Source: Octopus bimaculoides (Eukaryota). From it: a DNA stretch of 64,000 bases. The stretch is taken from positions 172,439,619 to 172,503,618 of the forward strand of contig NC_068981.1 in assembly GCF_001194135.2 (NCBI RefSeq), written 5' to 3'. Of the stretch, positions 40,101 through 55,700 are shown one piece after another (within the stretch, counting starts at the first letter, position 1; each line of letters opens with the position of its first letter). Position numbers and translations under genes: made by a program. Below the pieces are notes generated by a model. That model had not been told where the DNA came from. It saw only the letters and a list, made by a program, of their open reading frames with translations, and did no database searches.

Positions 40101-43100
40101 AATGTGAATTTCACTATAAAAATTATAACATTTTTTCAGATCGTCAATGGAATTACTGTCATATTTTATATTGTGCCAGTTTTTCCTTTCTTTATTCCAA
40201 GATATCTAGACATGAAAAACACATTGTCATTGAACGCAGTAAAAGAATGGAACTGGAACTGATATTGAAGAACAAGTGTGACCAGCTCCAGAAGCTTACT
40301 AGAGAAAGCAATACAGATATTAAGAAGCTTCAAGATACTGTTCGGTATATGTTGTTTTTGCATTCATTTGTTAAGCAAACCTCACTCATAAACATCTTCC
40401 ATTCACTGACCTATCATGAAAGTTGTGTTTTTTTTCTATACTTTTATTCGTCACTCCTTCAACATTCTTTGTCTCTTTGTCACTACAGTATTCTCCAATC
40501 ATTTGAAATTATTGAATGTCCTCATCCTCCTTCTCAACCCAATCAGTTCTCTTGTTTTATTTCCTCTCATTTTCCCTGTTGTTGATCAGGCACCACACCT
40601 TTTATTTAACAGTTTTGTTCCATCTTTCTCCTTCAAAATTGCATCTTTATGAAATTCCATTTTACCTGTATTCTCTTACAATTTTTAAATTGCCAGCTTT
40701 AAGCACATCTATACAAAAATAGTATGCTTGCATTGTATAGTCCTTTTCTCTTTTGTTCATTTGATTTAATCAACCCTAATTGGTACCAGTCCACTAAAAA
40801 AAGCACTCAGTCCACTTTGTAAGGAGGTTGGTATTAGGAAGGGCATCCAGCTGTGTAAAACCAGCCATCATCACCATTATTATTTAACATTCATTTTCCA
40901 TGCTGGCATGGGTTGAATGGTTTGACAGAAGCTGGCAAGCCAGAAGACTGCACTAGACTTCACTGTCTGTTTTGGCATGGTTTTTACAGTTGGATGCCCT
41001 TCCTAATGCCAACCACCTTACAGCGTGGCCTGAGTGCTTTTTTTAGTGGCAGCAGCAGCAGTGAAGAAGAAGAATCCAGAAAGATTTAAATTCAGTTATA
41101 AAAAGGTATATTCAGAAGTCATTCTGTCCAATTCACCACTAATTCTTCTACTTCACAATAAAAAAAATGATGATTATCGTTTCAAATTTAGGCACAAGGC
41201 CAGGAATTTTGAGAGGAGGGTGTTAGTCAATATCCTCAACTCCACTGTTTGACTGGTACTTTATTTTATCAATCTTTGCAAGGAGGAAAGGCTAAGTTGA
41301 CTTCATTAGGAATTGAACTCTGAATGTAGAAAGATGGGAGAAATACCACAAGGCATTTTGTCAAACAGTCTAATGATTTTTTGAATCCACTGCTTTTAAA
41401 ATAATTGTTTCTGATATAGGAGGAAGACCTGGGATTTAGGTGAGGGTCTAGTTGATCAAATCAACTCCAATACTTGACCAGTGCTTTTTTTTTTATTGTC
41501 CCACCCCACCTCAAGAGGTACAAAAGGCAAATTTAATTTCAGTGAAATAAAATAAAACACTGGAAGGTTTTTCTATACAATGTTCTCATAATTCTCTCAG
41601 TCCAATATCTTCATAATAATAATTGTTTTAATGCCTACTTTTCCATGCTCGTATGGATCAGATGAAACATTGTTGAGGCAGAGTTTTCTACAGCTGAATG
41701 CTTTTGTCGATGCCTATCCTCACCTGTTTCCAAGTAAGGTAATAATCTCTCAGTATATGAAACAGTTCAAACATGATTTCATGAAGGATTGTACATGCAA
41801 CATCATTTGTACGAAAGATAAGGCTTGTGTTTACAGTCAGTGTGCATATGTCAAGGCATGATAAAGGTCTGGGCATGCTTTCACAGTTGACTGCAAACAA
41901 ACAACACTGTATGTACAAACATGCACACATGTCAAGAGGGAGAATATGCACTTGGTCAGACATACACATATATATGCAATGGATTTTTTCCAGTTTCTGT
42001 CTACCAATTTCACTTTCAAAGTATCAGTCAACCCACAGCTGTAGTAATATAGTAGAAGATCTCAACCAACAACATCCATGCAGAGGGACAAAAACCTCAA
42101 CTATATAGCTCTGAAGTGAACTTCTTAACGATACAGCCACGTCTGTGCCTTTTGTTGTCATCATTGTTGTCGTTGTTGTTTCTGACTCAGTGGTTGTGGG
42201 CGAAGGGGTTAGTCAGTTAAATTAACCATGATGCTTGACTGGTACTTTATTTTATCGACCACTTAAGAATAAAAGGCAAAGTTGGATTTGAAAATAAAGA
42301 ACCAGAACAAGTGCTACAAAACATTTCTCTGATGCTTTAATAATTGTACCAATCTGACACCCTTATAATAATGAAAATGATAACGGATAATGGTTTCAAA
42401 TTTTGACACAAGGCTAGCAATTTTAGGGGTGGGTGACAATAAGCTGATTACATCAGCACCAGTGCTCAGCTGGTACTTATTTCTTCAGAATCAAGAAAGA
42501 AAGTACGAGTGAAGCACTGGAGTCAATATAATTGACTTACTCCTCCTTCTCCTAAAATTATTGGTCTTGTGTCAAAAATTGAAACCAGTAATAATGATGA
42601 TATTAATAATGACATTGGCAAAAGTATTGCTAATTTTAAGTATTACATCTTCAACCAGAGATCTTCAGCAAGCCAAAGACAACTTGACTGAGCACAGTTG
42701 TAATATTACTTCACAACTGCAGAAGGAACTGCAAGTTGGAGAGAATAGAAATACTCATTTGAACACTCTACAGGAACAGTATAACAAAAAGAATGAAGAG
42801 TTACAACAACTTATCAATTCAGGTAAAGTAATCTTGATGTTGTTTAGTCCCAATATGTGCCCTAATTGAGTTGAAATATGAACAAAGGCTTTTCAGCTAT
42901 AAGTCCCTTGGACATGACTGTCTCAAGTCCTAAGACTCATAGGGTTGGTTACTCAGTCTCCATAGCATATAAGTGACCATGATCATGATAGTCTTCCTGA
43001 ACAGGATGCCAATCTGTTACAGGATTATTCATTTACAGCTGAGTGGACAGGGGCAACATGAAATGAAGTGTTCTACTCAAGAACACAAACACACCACTAG

Positions 43101-43730
43101 TTCAGGAATTGAAACTGTGATTGCATGATCATGAGTGCAACATCCTAATGACTAGGCCACATGCCTTCACTCTCAGCTATAACTATCCATTTTTTAGTTA
43201 TTAAGTATATCTATTACTACATTGCCCAATGTGTCCCCTTTTCATGACAGTAGGATGTGATTTGAAAAAAAATTTGGTTGCTATTTGTAACAAGTTTATT
43301 GACTGCATAATTTGTTCCTCGTTGATGCTATCATTGCAGTTATTACTAAAATTCTGTAATTTTTTTTTTCAAATGTGATCCTTTTCTTTAACTACCTTCC
43401 TACCAGAAACCACTCAACAATGATGTTAGTGTAAAACTAGAGCAAGCATGATTGGATACTTTGCTCAGACAACAGTAATAGTATCTGAACTAATGATCAT
43501 GATCATTATGATCATCATTATTGTTTTAATGTCTACTTTTTCATGCTTGCATGGGTCAGATAGAATTTATTGAAGCAGATTTTCTATGGTCAGATGCTCT
43601 TCTTGTTGCCAACCCATACTTGTTTCCAAGCAAGGTAATATTTCCCTGTAGCTAGACATGCTTTTACAGAATATTGGAAATGAATGATGTTCATTTACAT
43701 CAATCATGTGATGCCAAGACAAGGAGAGAA

Positions 43731-43768
<38 letters not shown>

Positions 43769-46700
43769 ACACACACACACACACACACACATAATGGGGT
43801 TCTTCCAGTTTCTATCTACCAAATCCACTCGCAAAACTTTGGTCAACTCAGAGCTATAGTAGAAGACAGTTGCCCAAAGTAACACACAGTGGGACTGAAC
43901 CCAGAACAATGTGGTTGGGAAATAAACTTAATAACACAGCCATTCCTGTTCCTATCATGTAACGAATAAACCAACCAACATCTTAACTTTAACATTACAA
44001 CCATTTTTCTCTTCTCTCTATATATTTGCATCTTTTCTGAAACCAAAGAAAATAATTCATCTTTTTGTTTGTATGTAAATGTTTTATTTCTATGTATTGG
44101 AATATATTTCAGTTGATAAAATGAAAGAACAGATAAAATTTCAAGAGGAACAAATAGCTTTAACAACCAAAGAAAACAATAATCTTCATCAAGTTGTTGC
44201 TGCCCTTCAGGTTAGTCAATAAAAGTCATTAAATATGTAGTTCAGTATTAAATAAGCTCCTACCTTGATACAGAATTTCCTCTGTGTTTAGGGCATGTTG
44301 GGGAAATCTTTTACAGCATACTTAAGCTTAGTGTATGCTGTAATCTTTATTTTAAATATTTAAATATTTGTTATAAATTTGACAGTTTTACTTTGTAGAT
44401 TAAGAACTACCATTCTGTTACTAATAGATGGAGATCAACATGGCCTGGGGAAGATGATGGCTTCTGGGTGAATTTTTAAGAGTATTATGAAATAGAACAA
44501 AGCTGCAAAACATTCAAGAAGTTATGGACAACTATCTTTTGTTCTGAAATTTTGTAGATCTCAGCTAAAAAAAGAAATCTTCTTCTTCTTCTTCTTCTTC
44601 TTCTTCTTCTTCTTCTTCTTCTTCTTCTTCTTCTTCTTCTTCTTCTTCTTCTTCTTCTTCTTCTTCTTCTTCTTCTTCTTCTTCTTCNNNNNNNNNNNNN
44701 NNNNNNNNNNNNNNNNNNNNNNNNNNNNNNNNNNNNNNNNNNNNNNNNNNNNNNNNNNNNNNNNNNNNNNNNNNNNNNNNNNNNNNNNNNNNNNNNNNNN
44801 NNNNNNNNNNNNNNNNNNNNNNNNNNNNNNNNNNNNNNNNNNNNNNNNNNNNNNNNNNNNNNNNNNNNNTCTTCTTCTTCTTCTTCTTCTTCTTCTTCTT
44901 CTTCTTCTTCTTCTTCTTCTTCTTCTTCTTCTTCTTCTTCTTCTTCTTCTTCTTCTTCTTCTTCTTCTTCTCTAGCATGCGATAGGCTGTTTGAGGGGTG
45001 GGGTTTTGATAAATTCAAGGATTACATCATGCTCCAGTGTCTGCTTTGGCACGGTTTTTATGGCTGGATACCCTTCTTAATGCCATCCACTTTACAGAAT
45101 GTACTGAGTGCTGTTATCATGGCACCAGTACTAGTTTGGTCACTATGCAGCTTGCAAGACTATGCTTCTCTCCAACTGTGTGGGGCTACAAAAGAGAAAG
45201 TTAGCTTTATGCTAGATGAGAGGTATGAGAGAAGGGGCCAGAGTAGAACTAGTGTCTTGCTGTTGTCATAACTCACATAATGGAAGAGTAGATGAGAGTA
45301 ACTGGCATGGAGCTAGAAAAAGAGATAAAACATAAAATAGTAGTGATGAAGTTTTCAGGGCAGATCCTGGAGATAAAGATGGTGAAGAAAGGGACAGAAG
45401 ATGAATAAAGATATATATGCTACAGCCATTACTCTGACTTGGATATGACTTAATGGCATACACCATACTTTTGCTAATTGTTTTAGGTACCTATATTGTC
45501 AGGAAAAGATATAGACACTCTCTCAATCCTCTCACCTTTGAGAACACCCAGAGGGAGAGAGTGCTACACCAACAGTCGGCTGGTACCCATTCCAACTGAA
45601 TAGAATAGAACAACAGAAATTATTATTGAAGAATTTGCCAGATTTTTCATTGAAAGATGGGAGAAGGGTTACTTGAACAAGATAATTTCATAGATTTTAT
45701 ACTATTGATAAACATTGGATATATAATTTAACTAAGCGGAGATAAAATCAATGTGTTCACATGACGTACTTCATGAGACTCCAAAATGCCCTCTCAATGA
45801 CTCCTACCGACCTCTTGTCTCAACCAATATGCTACTCTTTGTATGAGTTCGGCTAGTCCATGCTTCCAATCCCCCAAGGGTGTCACTGATTCTCACCACA
45901 ACATCTTCACTTTTGAGATTGACTTCTGGTGTAGCTTGAATGGATTGTTTTTCTTTTTCTTTTTCTTTATGCAAATTTTCATCATTATTGGAATTATTGT
46001 TTTTATAGCTGGATACCTTTTCTTTTAATCACTTAAGTGTAGAAGGAAACTGATCATCAGTCAAAAAGGCTGTGTAATGCAGAGGCATTTTTCGTGTACA
46101 GGAGAATAACTTAATGACTGTAGAAGGTTTGAACTCCTAACTAGTGTTCTAGGATCTTAAACTCATAGGTATTGTCAGAAAAAATATTAGATATGCCCTT
46201 TTTGACATTGTTTCAGTGGTTTATTTATTTCTCTTTTCATTTCTGAAAACAGGCAAAAGTTAGCAATCAGAACTTTGAAAAACAAGAAAGCAAAAGAAAT
46301 ATAGAAAATTTAGAATACAATTTAAAAGCGAAAGAGGAACTTCTGGAAGACACAAGAGATGCTATAAAGTGAGTTGATTGCAAATATGTTTATAATTAAA
46401 GTGGATGAGAAACTGAACTACCACCTGAAGAGTCTGCAGGCCTCTGGATAAATGTTTACACCTCATTTAGCTGACAGGCATCCTATCCAGGTGGAGTTTT
46501 ATCTCACATCTGCTTAGTTGCATAAATTCAGATTTAAGAATTGATTTTAATGAAAAAAATAACTTAATTTTAATCTAATGAAAGATAATTCAGTAGTTAG
46601 GGCTAAATTTGACAATTTTTTATGTCTCCTTTTCTCAGGAACAACTTGATTGATGCATTGTTGAGTAGTCAATGGCACTGAAGAGCATAAAGATTAAAGT

Positions 46701-49700
46701 TCTAGTTGGGAAAAAGTTAGCTGACATAGAGAACTGAAAGCTATCTGAATATTGGGATAGCTTTCCTGAGGAATGCCATCATCACGATTGCTGCTCAATG
46801 CTCTGTGAATACTGTGAAGCTGTAAGACATGAAATGGAGACTGCAAAGCTGTGACTAGCAGGAAAGGGACACAGTAGGCCTTCTGACTGGAATTCATCCA
46901 ACAACTGATGAACAGGGCCTTAGGCTCAATTCAGACAGCTATGTGAAGCTACTGGAGACTGTTGTCAATCCCTGACTGAAGAGGTTGCTGCTGGAATGCC
47001 ATATGTGTGGCAGCAGGATTTACTCTGGAAAGAGTCAGAAATGGTTGTCAGAGTGTTTCTACAACTTCACCAGCTCCAGTTTCTGGCCTCCTAATTCTTT
47101 CAATTGTAACCCCATGGATTACTATGGGTGGAAGAGAGTTGGGAAAGATACCAACCACTCTACCTGCAACACCAAGGCCAAGCTGGTGCCCAAGATCAAG
47201 GAGGTTTTCAAAGAGTTTCCCAGGGACATGGTGAGGAATTAATGCACCTGGTTCCAGAGCCATCTTGAGGCCATGGTGGAAGCTGAGGGTAGTTACTTTC
47301 CCAGCTATAATCATCATCATCATCATCATCATTTAACGTCCACTTTCCATGCTAGCATGGATTGGACGATTTGACTGAGGACTGGCGAACCAGATGGCTA
47401 AGGGTAACCTAGTTGATATTTTTGATCTGTTTAAAATATTTTTATTTTTGCATGAGATATTCTGTTTTCTTTGTCTTTTTACGCAAACTGTCAAACAATT
47501 TTACTTTTGTAAAGCTTCACTTAATATTCTTCATTATAATCTTCCATTTTAGTTTTTCACATTTCATATCTGCAACAACAGCCAATTATTACTTTTTACT
47601 TCTTGTTATGGGTTAATCAAAGGAGGGAGGGAAGCTCTCATGACAGTTTCCAGGGCCTCTGAGACAGGTGGAAGGAAGGTTGGTAGTTATCCTCAGACCC
47701 CAAACCTTACCTGAATGCTTGCAATACAGTGAACTTTGCTGAAGACATCCAGGGGTTAGACCATATATTAACTCAGAATAATCTCTTCAAATATTTTTTA
47801 GATCATGAATAAATTTATTGAATTTCTCAAGAAATTTTTTATATGATGGTTATGTTTTCATTTATATATTGTTGGAAGCAGTTGTTTTGAAAACTGACAA
47901 CCAAATATTTACTCACGCCAATCCATTTTAGGAAACTCCAAACAGAATTAAATTTGAAAAAAGAAGAGAATGATGATTTACAAAGTACTATAAGAGAACA
48001 GCATCTACAGCTAGAGGAACGTGCTCAAAAGGTAAGAGTTTTCATGCTGACCTTATCTTACTTCATACTCGTACATATGAGATGACTGGGCTGATATCAG
48101 CCTGTCATTTTGTACTAGAAAGGAAACCAAAAAAACTTGATATCATCAACAATATATATATCTTTATCTGTCTGTCTGTCTGAATATTTTGCTTAGGTAT
48201 AGTGATACTAATAATTTGGTATTAGAACTCAGTATGTATATGCTTCAGAAGAAAGTATTAGTTGAGTACAAAGTGTAATAAGGGATTATATAAATGACAA
48301 GGAAACAAGAAATTATGTAATGAACTTCATCAGCTTGCAGCTATGCCTGCTATAAGATGCAGTACATTCATAGTCGAGTGCTTATGTATCACCTGATAGC
48401 TTCATTGGAACTTCAAAAATGAAGTACAATTTTATTTTGGAAAGCATTTATTATCATCATTATTTAACATCCACTTTCCATGGGCTGGCCGGTTTGACTG
48501 AAAATCGGTAATCTGGGGAGCTGCACCAGGTTCCAATCTGATTTGGTAAGGTTTCTACAGCTGGATGCCCTTCCTAATGCTAACCACTCCAAGAGTGTAA
48601 TGGGTGCTTTTTACGTGTCATTGACATGACACCAGCATTGACCACGACTACAATCTCTCTTGGCTTGACAGGTCTACACAAGCATGGTATATCTCAGTCA
48701 CCTATCATTGCCTCACGTTAGTGGTCAACGTCATATATATATATATTATATATATTAGTACCTTCTGAAAACTCAGGAAGCCTACTACAATCAGTTGTCT
48801 CATCTTCTTTCACTGCTAATTCTGTAACAAAGCTATTTTTATGGGTCTGGATTGTTAGCATTGTACCCATTGCACAGAGGACAAGTGGATCTCTCTTTGA
48901 AGGCCTCTACCTTTCGACCTGTCTCGCTTGTGGGGTCCTACCAGGAGACTAAACTTTCTCTGGCATAGTTCCTGGGATCCCTGAGGCATACAAGATATAC
49001 AATTACAATAAGGTGTCAATCCATGTGTATATGTATGTGCATACACAAACACACACACATCTGTATGTAGATGTTAAAAATAAGTTTATTATCTTAAAGC
49101 ATGTTTGTAACTGGAAGATTTACTACTACAGTGACTAGATATTGAGTCCTACTCAGTCTGATCTTTTATGTCTGTGTATGTATGTAAGAGTGTGTGTGTG
49201 TACACATACACACATGTAATGATACATGGCATTTTTTATATTTATTTTACTGTACCCTACTTTTTGTTAACTTTTAGGTAGCAGAATTAGTAAAATCTAT
49301 GTCTGATTACCGGATAGAAATGGAGAATCGTGTCAAAGATGGCAAGAACCTTCTTGATCAAGAACAGATTGATATCAAAAATAAGATGAAGCAGGTATAT
49401 GATAGAATTTTCTTCAATAAATATCTCTAAATCTCCCAAATACTCATAAAGAGCCATACCCAGCACCACTGTTTTGTGATAAATAGCTTTGTGATAAGTT
49501 TCACTCTTGTTAGGATGTCAGTCTTTTTCAGCTGACCTTCTCGAATGATTTGATCTCTAGAGTAACTAGAGTTATGTAGAATTAAGTTCACTGTTCAGTA
49601 ATAAAATGTAAAGCATGTGCAGTGGATTTGAACAGAGCACCCACGAATAGGTAATGCTATAACTAATTTGTTGCTGTTGTATATATCTGACTTAACCCCC

Positions 49701-52700
49701 CCANNNNNNNNNNNNNNNNNNNNNNNNCATAGTGCAAGAATAAACTGTTGGACTCTTAGTAATCACCTACCAGCATGCTTGACATGGTTGTGTCTTTTGA
49801 CCAATTATCCACTTTGTGTTACTGATCTGCTATAAATTTCATGTTGAAATTTCAGTTCTGTGATTCATGAACAAAGCAAATTGGATATAAATGAAGAGAT
49901 GGTAAAACCCTCAACATTTTTGTATTGCTGCTGTACCTTGCTAGATTAACAACTGAGATTTAATTGCTTGTGGATAAATTCGCTCTCAACCATGCAAGCT
50001 AGCAACTACTTTGACAGAATTGTTAAGAGTGTTGGACAAAATGATTTGTGGTATTTCTTCTGGCACTTTATGTTCTGAGTTCAAATCCTGTCAAGGTCAA
50101 CTTTGCCTTTCATCCTTTCAGGGTCATTAAAATGGTTACCAGTCATCTACTGGAATAGATGTAATTGACTAACATCTCCCCCTGTTATTCATACACACAC
50201 ATAAACAAAAAATTCTGGCCTTGTTTTAGAAACAGATTATGATATGAAAATAGAAACATTTAAATGACACTTCCTTGCTTACAGCAGTATGTTGTGTTTC
50301 CCCATTATACTTGTTTAGTATTAGTTTGGCAGGGCTTCTGAAGTTAATCTCCTACCTGTAATGTTGCCCATACCTGGTAAAAAAACATAAATGCCTGTTT
50401 TAAACACTAGATTCTTTAGTCATTTAACCACAGTTCAGACTTGATCAAGTACATCAAGTGTTCCAGTTGTGATCATCCTATCATTTTGTATATCCACAAC
50501 TACTTTGTCTAATCTGTCTTTCCTTTTTTTTTAAAGATTGTAGGATGTGATTTAAAGGAGAGTTTTATTGCTATTTCTAGCAGATTAAGTGATTGTGTTA
50601 GTGCTTCCTCTTTGGTTTGTATAAGGATTAATGCTTTATTCTGGTGTGAAATTGAAGATAGATAAATCTTTCCCAGAGCAGGATATCCATTTATCACAGG
50701 TAACATTCACATACATAGAACTTTCAACAATATTATCAAATATTTGATCTTTGAATGGTTAATTAGCAACCTTTCACCCTATCACTTCTGTTAGCAACAG
50801 TTTACAATTTACAGATATTCATTGATTTACTTAAGCAGGAAAAGCAAAAATGTTAAATTAACTAAGATAACATTCAAATTTAGAACTGTGTATTACCAAA
50901 CAATTTGTCAATTCAATTGTATTTTCAGTGTATTTCATTTTGTTTTTTGTTTTACAACATTTTGCGTTTGGTTGACTTTGTAGCCCTTCTTGTTTGTTTT
51001 AATATTTATCAAGGTGGACAAAAAAAAACTATATCCATCTAAAATGTTTTATCCCCAAACAAACTTAAAGCTTCTAATTTTTTTAATTGACAAATTTGAG
51101 TTGAATTTTGTCGTACAGCATTCTAGCATAGATGAAATAAGCACCTGTCATACACTGATGTTGATCTGATTGACTGTACCTCCCCAGAATATTATGTTGC
51201 AGCTAGAAATCATTATTATCATTGTCAAATTATAAAGGCTGCAGTCTGTCAGATTCGTTAGCACATAAGACAAAATGCTTAGCAGCCTTTCATCTGGCTT
51301 TATTTTGAGTTCAAGTTCTACTGAGGTCGACTTAGCTTTTTAATTTTTCAGGCATGATAAAATAATATCGGTTGAATAGTGGGGTTGATGTTATTGACTT
51401 AATACCAACCCCAACCAACTCCAAATTTCAGGCCTTGTGCGTATAGTCCAAAGAATTATTGCCAGATTAAGCAAGGTAGTATTTAGTTATGTCCCTTTAT
51501 CTTCTGTGTTCAAATCTAGTTGCAGTCAATTTTATTATTTACCAGAAATGTCTGTCTCTGTAGCATCTTATATTTTTTCAAATATTTTGTCCAGATTGTT
51601 CAGTACAGAGAACAATACCAGAAAACTGTAGAGGGGTTGCAAAATACGACTTTGCTTCTTGAAGCCAAATCTCAGACATGTCATAAAATCGAATTAGAAT
51701 TAGCATCAAAAAATGCCCTCATTGAAAATTCAGCAAAGGTTTGTAAATTCTCTATTTATTTTTATAAATTAGATACACATCACTTATTCATTTAACAAAA
51801 CCAATGCATCTATGTTTTGAAAATCTTTAAATTCAATTTATGCTTTATAACAAATATATATAAGGCATGGATTTTTCTTGTTTTTCAGACAATTCAAAAC
51901 CAAACTTTAAAAGAAAAAGAACTAGTTGAGTACAAAGCAGAGATCACTCAAGAACTAAGGTTAGCAAGAGAACAACTTCAGAATCAAACTGCTGACTTTA
52001 TGCTAGTGCGGAGCCAGCAAACTAAACTACGCCATGAAAATGACAAATTACTACAGAAAATTGAAACACTTACTGCTACATTAAATGTAATTTTACTTTG
52101 TAATTTCTTTTCCATGTTATCCATGTAAGGTAGTTCTATCCATCTCATGTCAGTATAGAAAATGGACTTAAAAAGCAATGATGAGGATTTTAATGGGTCT
52201 GAAAATTTATATATTTGCCTTAAGTATTGAAGCAGCTTTTTCTTACACATCTACATTTTTATTAATGTTTGTTTGCAAAACATTGGTTACTTATTTTCAT
52301 TTAGGTTGATTATATTTTTCATAAGAGAACAAATTTAATGCCGTTTTAAGTGTTTGAATTTTTACTATTTTGGTTACTGTAATCTAATATATTAACTATT
52401 CTGGCAGTGCTTTTCATTTTAAATTTAATTATTGACAAATTGCATTTAAAACAGTTTTCTGTAGTTTGAATTAGTGAACTTCAAGAAGATTACCTAAATC
52501 TAACAAATGGGAAGAATGTAAAACTAAACTGTGTTAATCATTTAGCAGTGGATTGATATTTTGACATTCAGAGTTAATATGTTATCACCAGCATCATTAT
52601 TTTATGTTCTGCTTTCCATGCTAGTATGGGTTGGTTGGGTAATCAAGGTCTAAGTCAGTTCTTATTCAGGGTTACTGCCCTTCTAGATGATTTGGAAGTT

Positions 52701-55700
52701 CACATTTCACTCAAATGTTTCAGTTTTGAAATGGTTTCTATAGCTAGATGTCCTTGCTATCCCCAGCCATTTTGTAGTGTATGTGTGTGTATAATACATA
52801 TTTATATATAGATCTATGTTTATATATATGTATATATATATATCATAATCATCATTTAATGTCCATTTCCCATGTTGGCACGAGCTGGATGGTTTGACAG
52901 GATCCTCTGTGTCTGTGTCTGTCTGTCTGTGTGCATTCTTGCATACATGTTTACATCCTGTAAATCTTTGCTTGATACAATTTAAACTACAACAATAATG
53001 TTATGTTCATATTTCCCATAAACAATATGCCCTGATGCTCTGCATCTTGTGAGTACAAGAGAAACATTAAAAAAAGTCCTTTACTTGGAACGCTTGGCAA
53101 CAAGAAGAGCATCCAGCCTTAAAACACTAACACAGTATCTGACCAAACCCATCCCAGCGTAGAAAAGAATATATAAAAACAAAATGAAAACAGTATGCAT
53201 AAATACAGAGTGAATTGGCTGAGTAAATTCTCGGCTATTCTGTCTGTCAGTAGTTGAGAATCCTAAGACCTTGCACCTTCACTGCACTACCAAAGATATT
53301 AAATTGATTCCAAGATAGATGCCATTTGTAGAGAGAAAAACTGTTGTCTTTGTTTTAACTTCAGATTAATTCATTCATCTTTTTAGGTTGCTAGTATCTT
53401 GTCAACAAATTTTTTTGAGATACATTAGTTTCTTGATTCTTTGATGTTTTTTGTTTACTAAACATAGACAAAACAAACAGAAATCTCTAAGTTGACTGAA
53501 AATGTAAGTATTTTACGTCTTGAGAAAATTAAATCTGAATCAAAGATGTCCACTGAAATAAAACAGCTTCAACAAGAAATTAAAATGGAACAACAAACCC
53601 ATTCTATGGAGGTTAGTATTTATTCAATGACAACATTTGTATATAAAAACATTTACTCACACACATTAGTGTTGTCCATTCATGAAGTTAACTTCATTCT
53701 AACTACTATGTATGGTAGCCTGGTGTTATCTCTTTTTTTTTTCTTTCTCCTTTCACCTGTTCTTTCTACTGAAAAGTATTAATAGTTTAGTGTCTTTAAT
53801 CGACTATAGTTGCTTAATATTGTTAACTGTTGGTGTTTTTAGTCAATTGTCATCAGGGCCTCTGAAAGAAATTTGGCAAGGTGGAACAGAAGTGCTTTCA
53901 GGCCTCTGGAGGAAGAGCCAAATTCAAGAGGCTATGAGGTTTTAACCAGGCAAATACCTATCCTTGGTTTTCTGTGTCCCAAATCAATGTACTGGCTGAA
54001 TCTTCCTTCTTATAAGCACTAATTGTTACTTATTTTAAGACCTTAAAAAAGTGTGCCACTTTTGACGGCATGTACATTAACATTCTTTCTTTTATTTTGT
54101 CAATGATACTTGATCCCATATTATGACAGCACAAGAAGTTTCATATAACACCATATCTGCTGTGTGATGTAAATGCTTTCCTGTTAAAAAGTATAACTAA
54201 AATGATTGTAAATATGAATAAAAGTAAAATCTTTATATTGTAAGATTTTGAAGAACACTAATTAAAATAAGTTCATAACATCCATTTAATTCAGATGTTT
54301 AACTCTTTAGCATTTAAACTGGCCATATCCAGCCCAAATATTCTACCTGTTTTATGTTCAAACCAGCCAGATCAGGCCTCTTAGACCTATGCTATATTGT
54401 CAGCCTAACAATAAACAATCACTTTGTATTAATCTTGAAGTTACAAGATAATACATGATTAATTCAAAACAATGTAAATAAACAAGCAGTACATTTGATA
54501 GAGCAATCTGAGTGCCGAAGGGTTAATGGTGTGACTGTTTTAATTGTAAGAAATGACACGAAAAATATCTACATACTATTTTATCTTTCTAGTTAGAACG
54601 TCTGAAGGAGACTAACTTACTATTGCAAAAAAACAAAGAAGATGTTTCCACGAAGTTGAATGAATCTAATAAAAAGCATCTGAAGGCTGTCACTCAACAT
54701 GAGAAAGATTTGAATTCTCTCAAAGCATCTTTACATCTTCTTGAAGATGAAGTGAAAGTCCAGAAGGAAGCTGTAATATCAGGAAATGAGACTATAGTTT
54801 TAAAGGTATTGTTTCGAATACATAATACACTTTATTATATGATGGGCTTCTTCTCAGTTTCTGTCTAATTCCACTTACAAACTATTGATTGGCCTGGGGG
54901 TGTGGTAGAAGTCAAGGCCCTGTGAGGTGAGAGTGAACTCAACACCATGTGGTAGCAAAGTGAAATTCATAACTACACAGCCATGACCACACCTATGTAG
55001 GCATGTGTCAATAGCATTCTTTTTATGAAGTTGGAACCTGGAGTATGAAGGCAGAGCTTCAAGATTGATTTAATGGTACATACACTGAGCTTCTCTTGAG
55101 GGTTCCAAATATCTCATGGTGTGAGTACATAACTAAAGAGGAGATTTATGGACACATTCCACCCATCTCTACAATGTCATAAAACATATCTATTGTAGTC
55201 ACTTGAAGAAGAATATGTTTTTAAATCCGTCNNNNNNNNNNNNNNNNNNNNNNNNNNNNNNNNNNNNNNNNNNNNNNNNNNNNNNNAGTATGAAGGCAGA
55301 GCTTCAAGATTGATTTAATGGTACATACACTGAGCTTCTCTTGAGGGTTCCAAATATCTCATGGTGTGAGTACATAACTAAAGAGGAGATTTATGGACAC
55401 ATTCCACCCATCTCTACAATGTCATAAAACATATCTATTGTAGTCACTTGAAGAAGAATATGTTTTTAAATCCGTCTTTTCAGTAATAAATTATTTTATA
55501 AATTAATAAACATAATAGATTCTGATTTTGTTTTTGTTTATTTACAGGATATTGAAATTTCTAAATTGAAATCAGACTTAACAAATATGGAAAAAATTCT
55601 TTTGAGTTTAAAATTTTTACAATTTGGACAAAATAAGGTTCCTCAGTTTCAAAATCAGGAAACACATGACAGTAACAAATATCAAGCTGAGAATGAATCT

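Noticed and set aside
44485-45018. Poly-E, poly-K and poly-R ORFs
   Set aside because: Translations of the (CTT)n tract and gap.
55042-55476. Exact 190-bp direct duplication (55042-55231 and 55287-55476)
   Set aside because: Identical copies sit on either side of an N gap, typical of unmerged overlapping contig ends; an assembly artefact.
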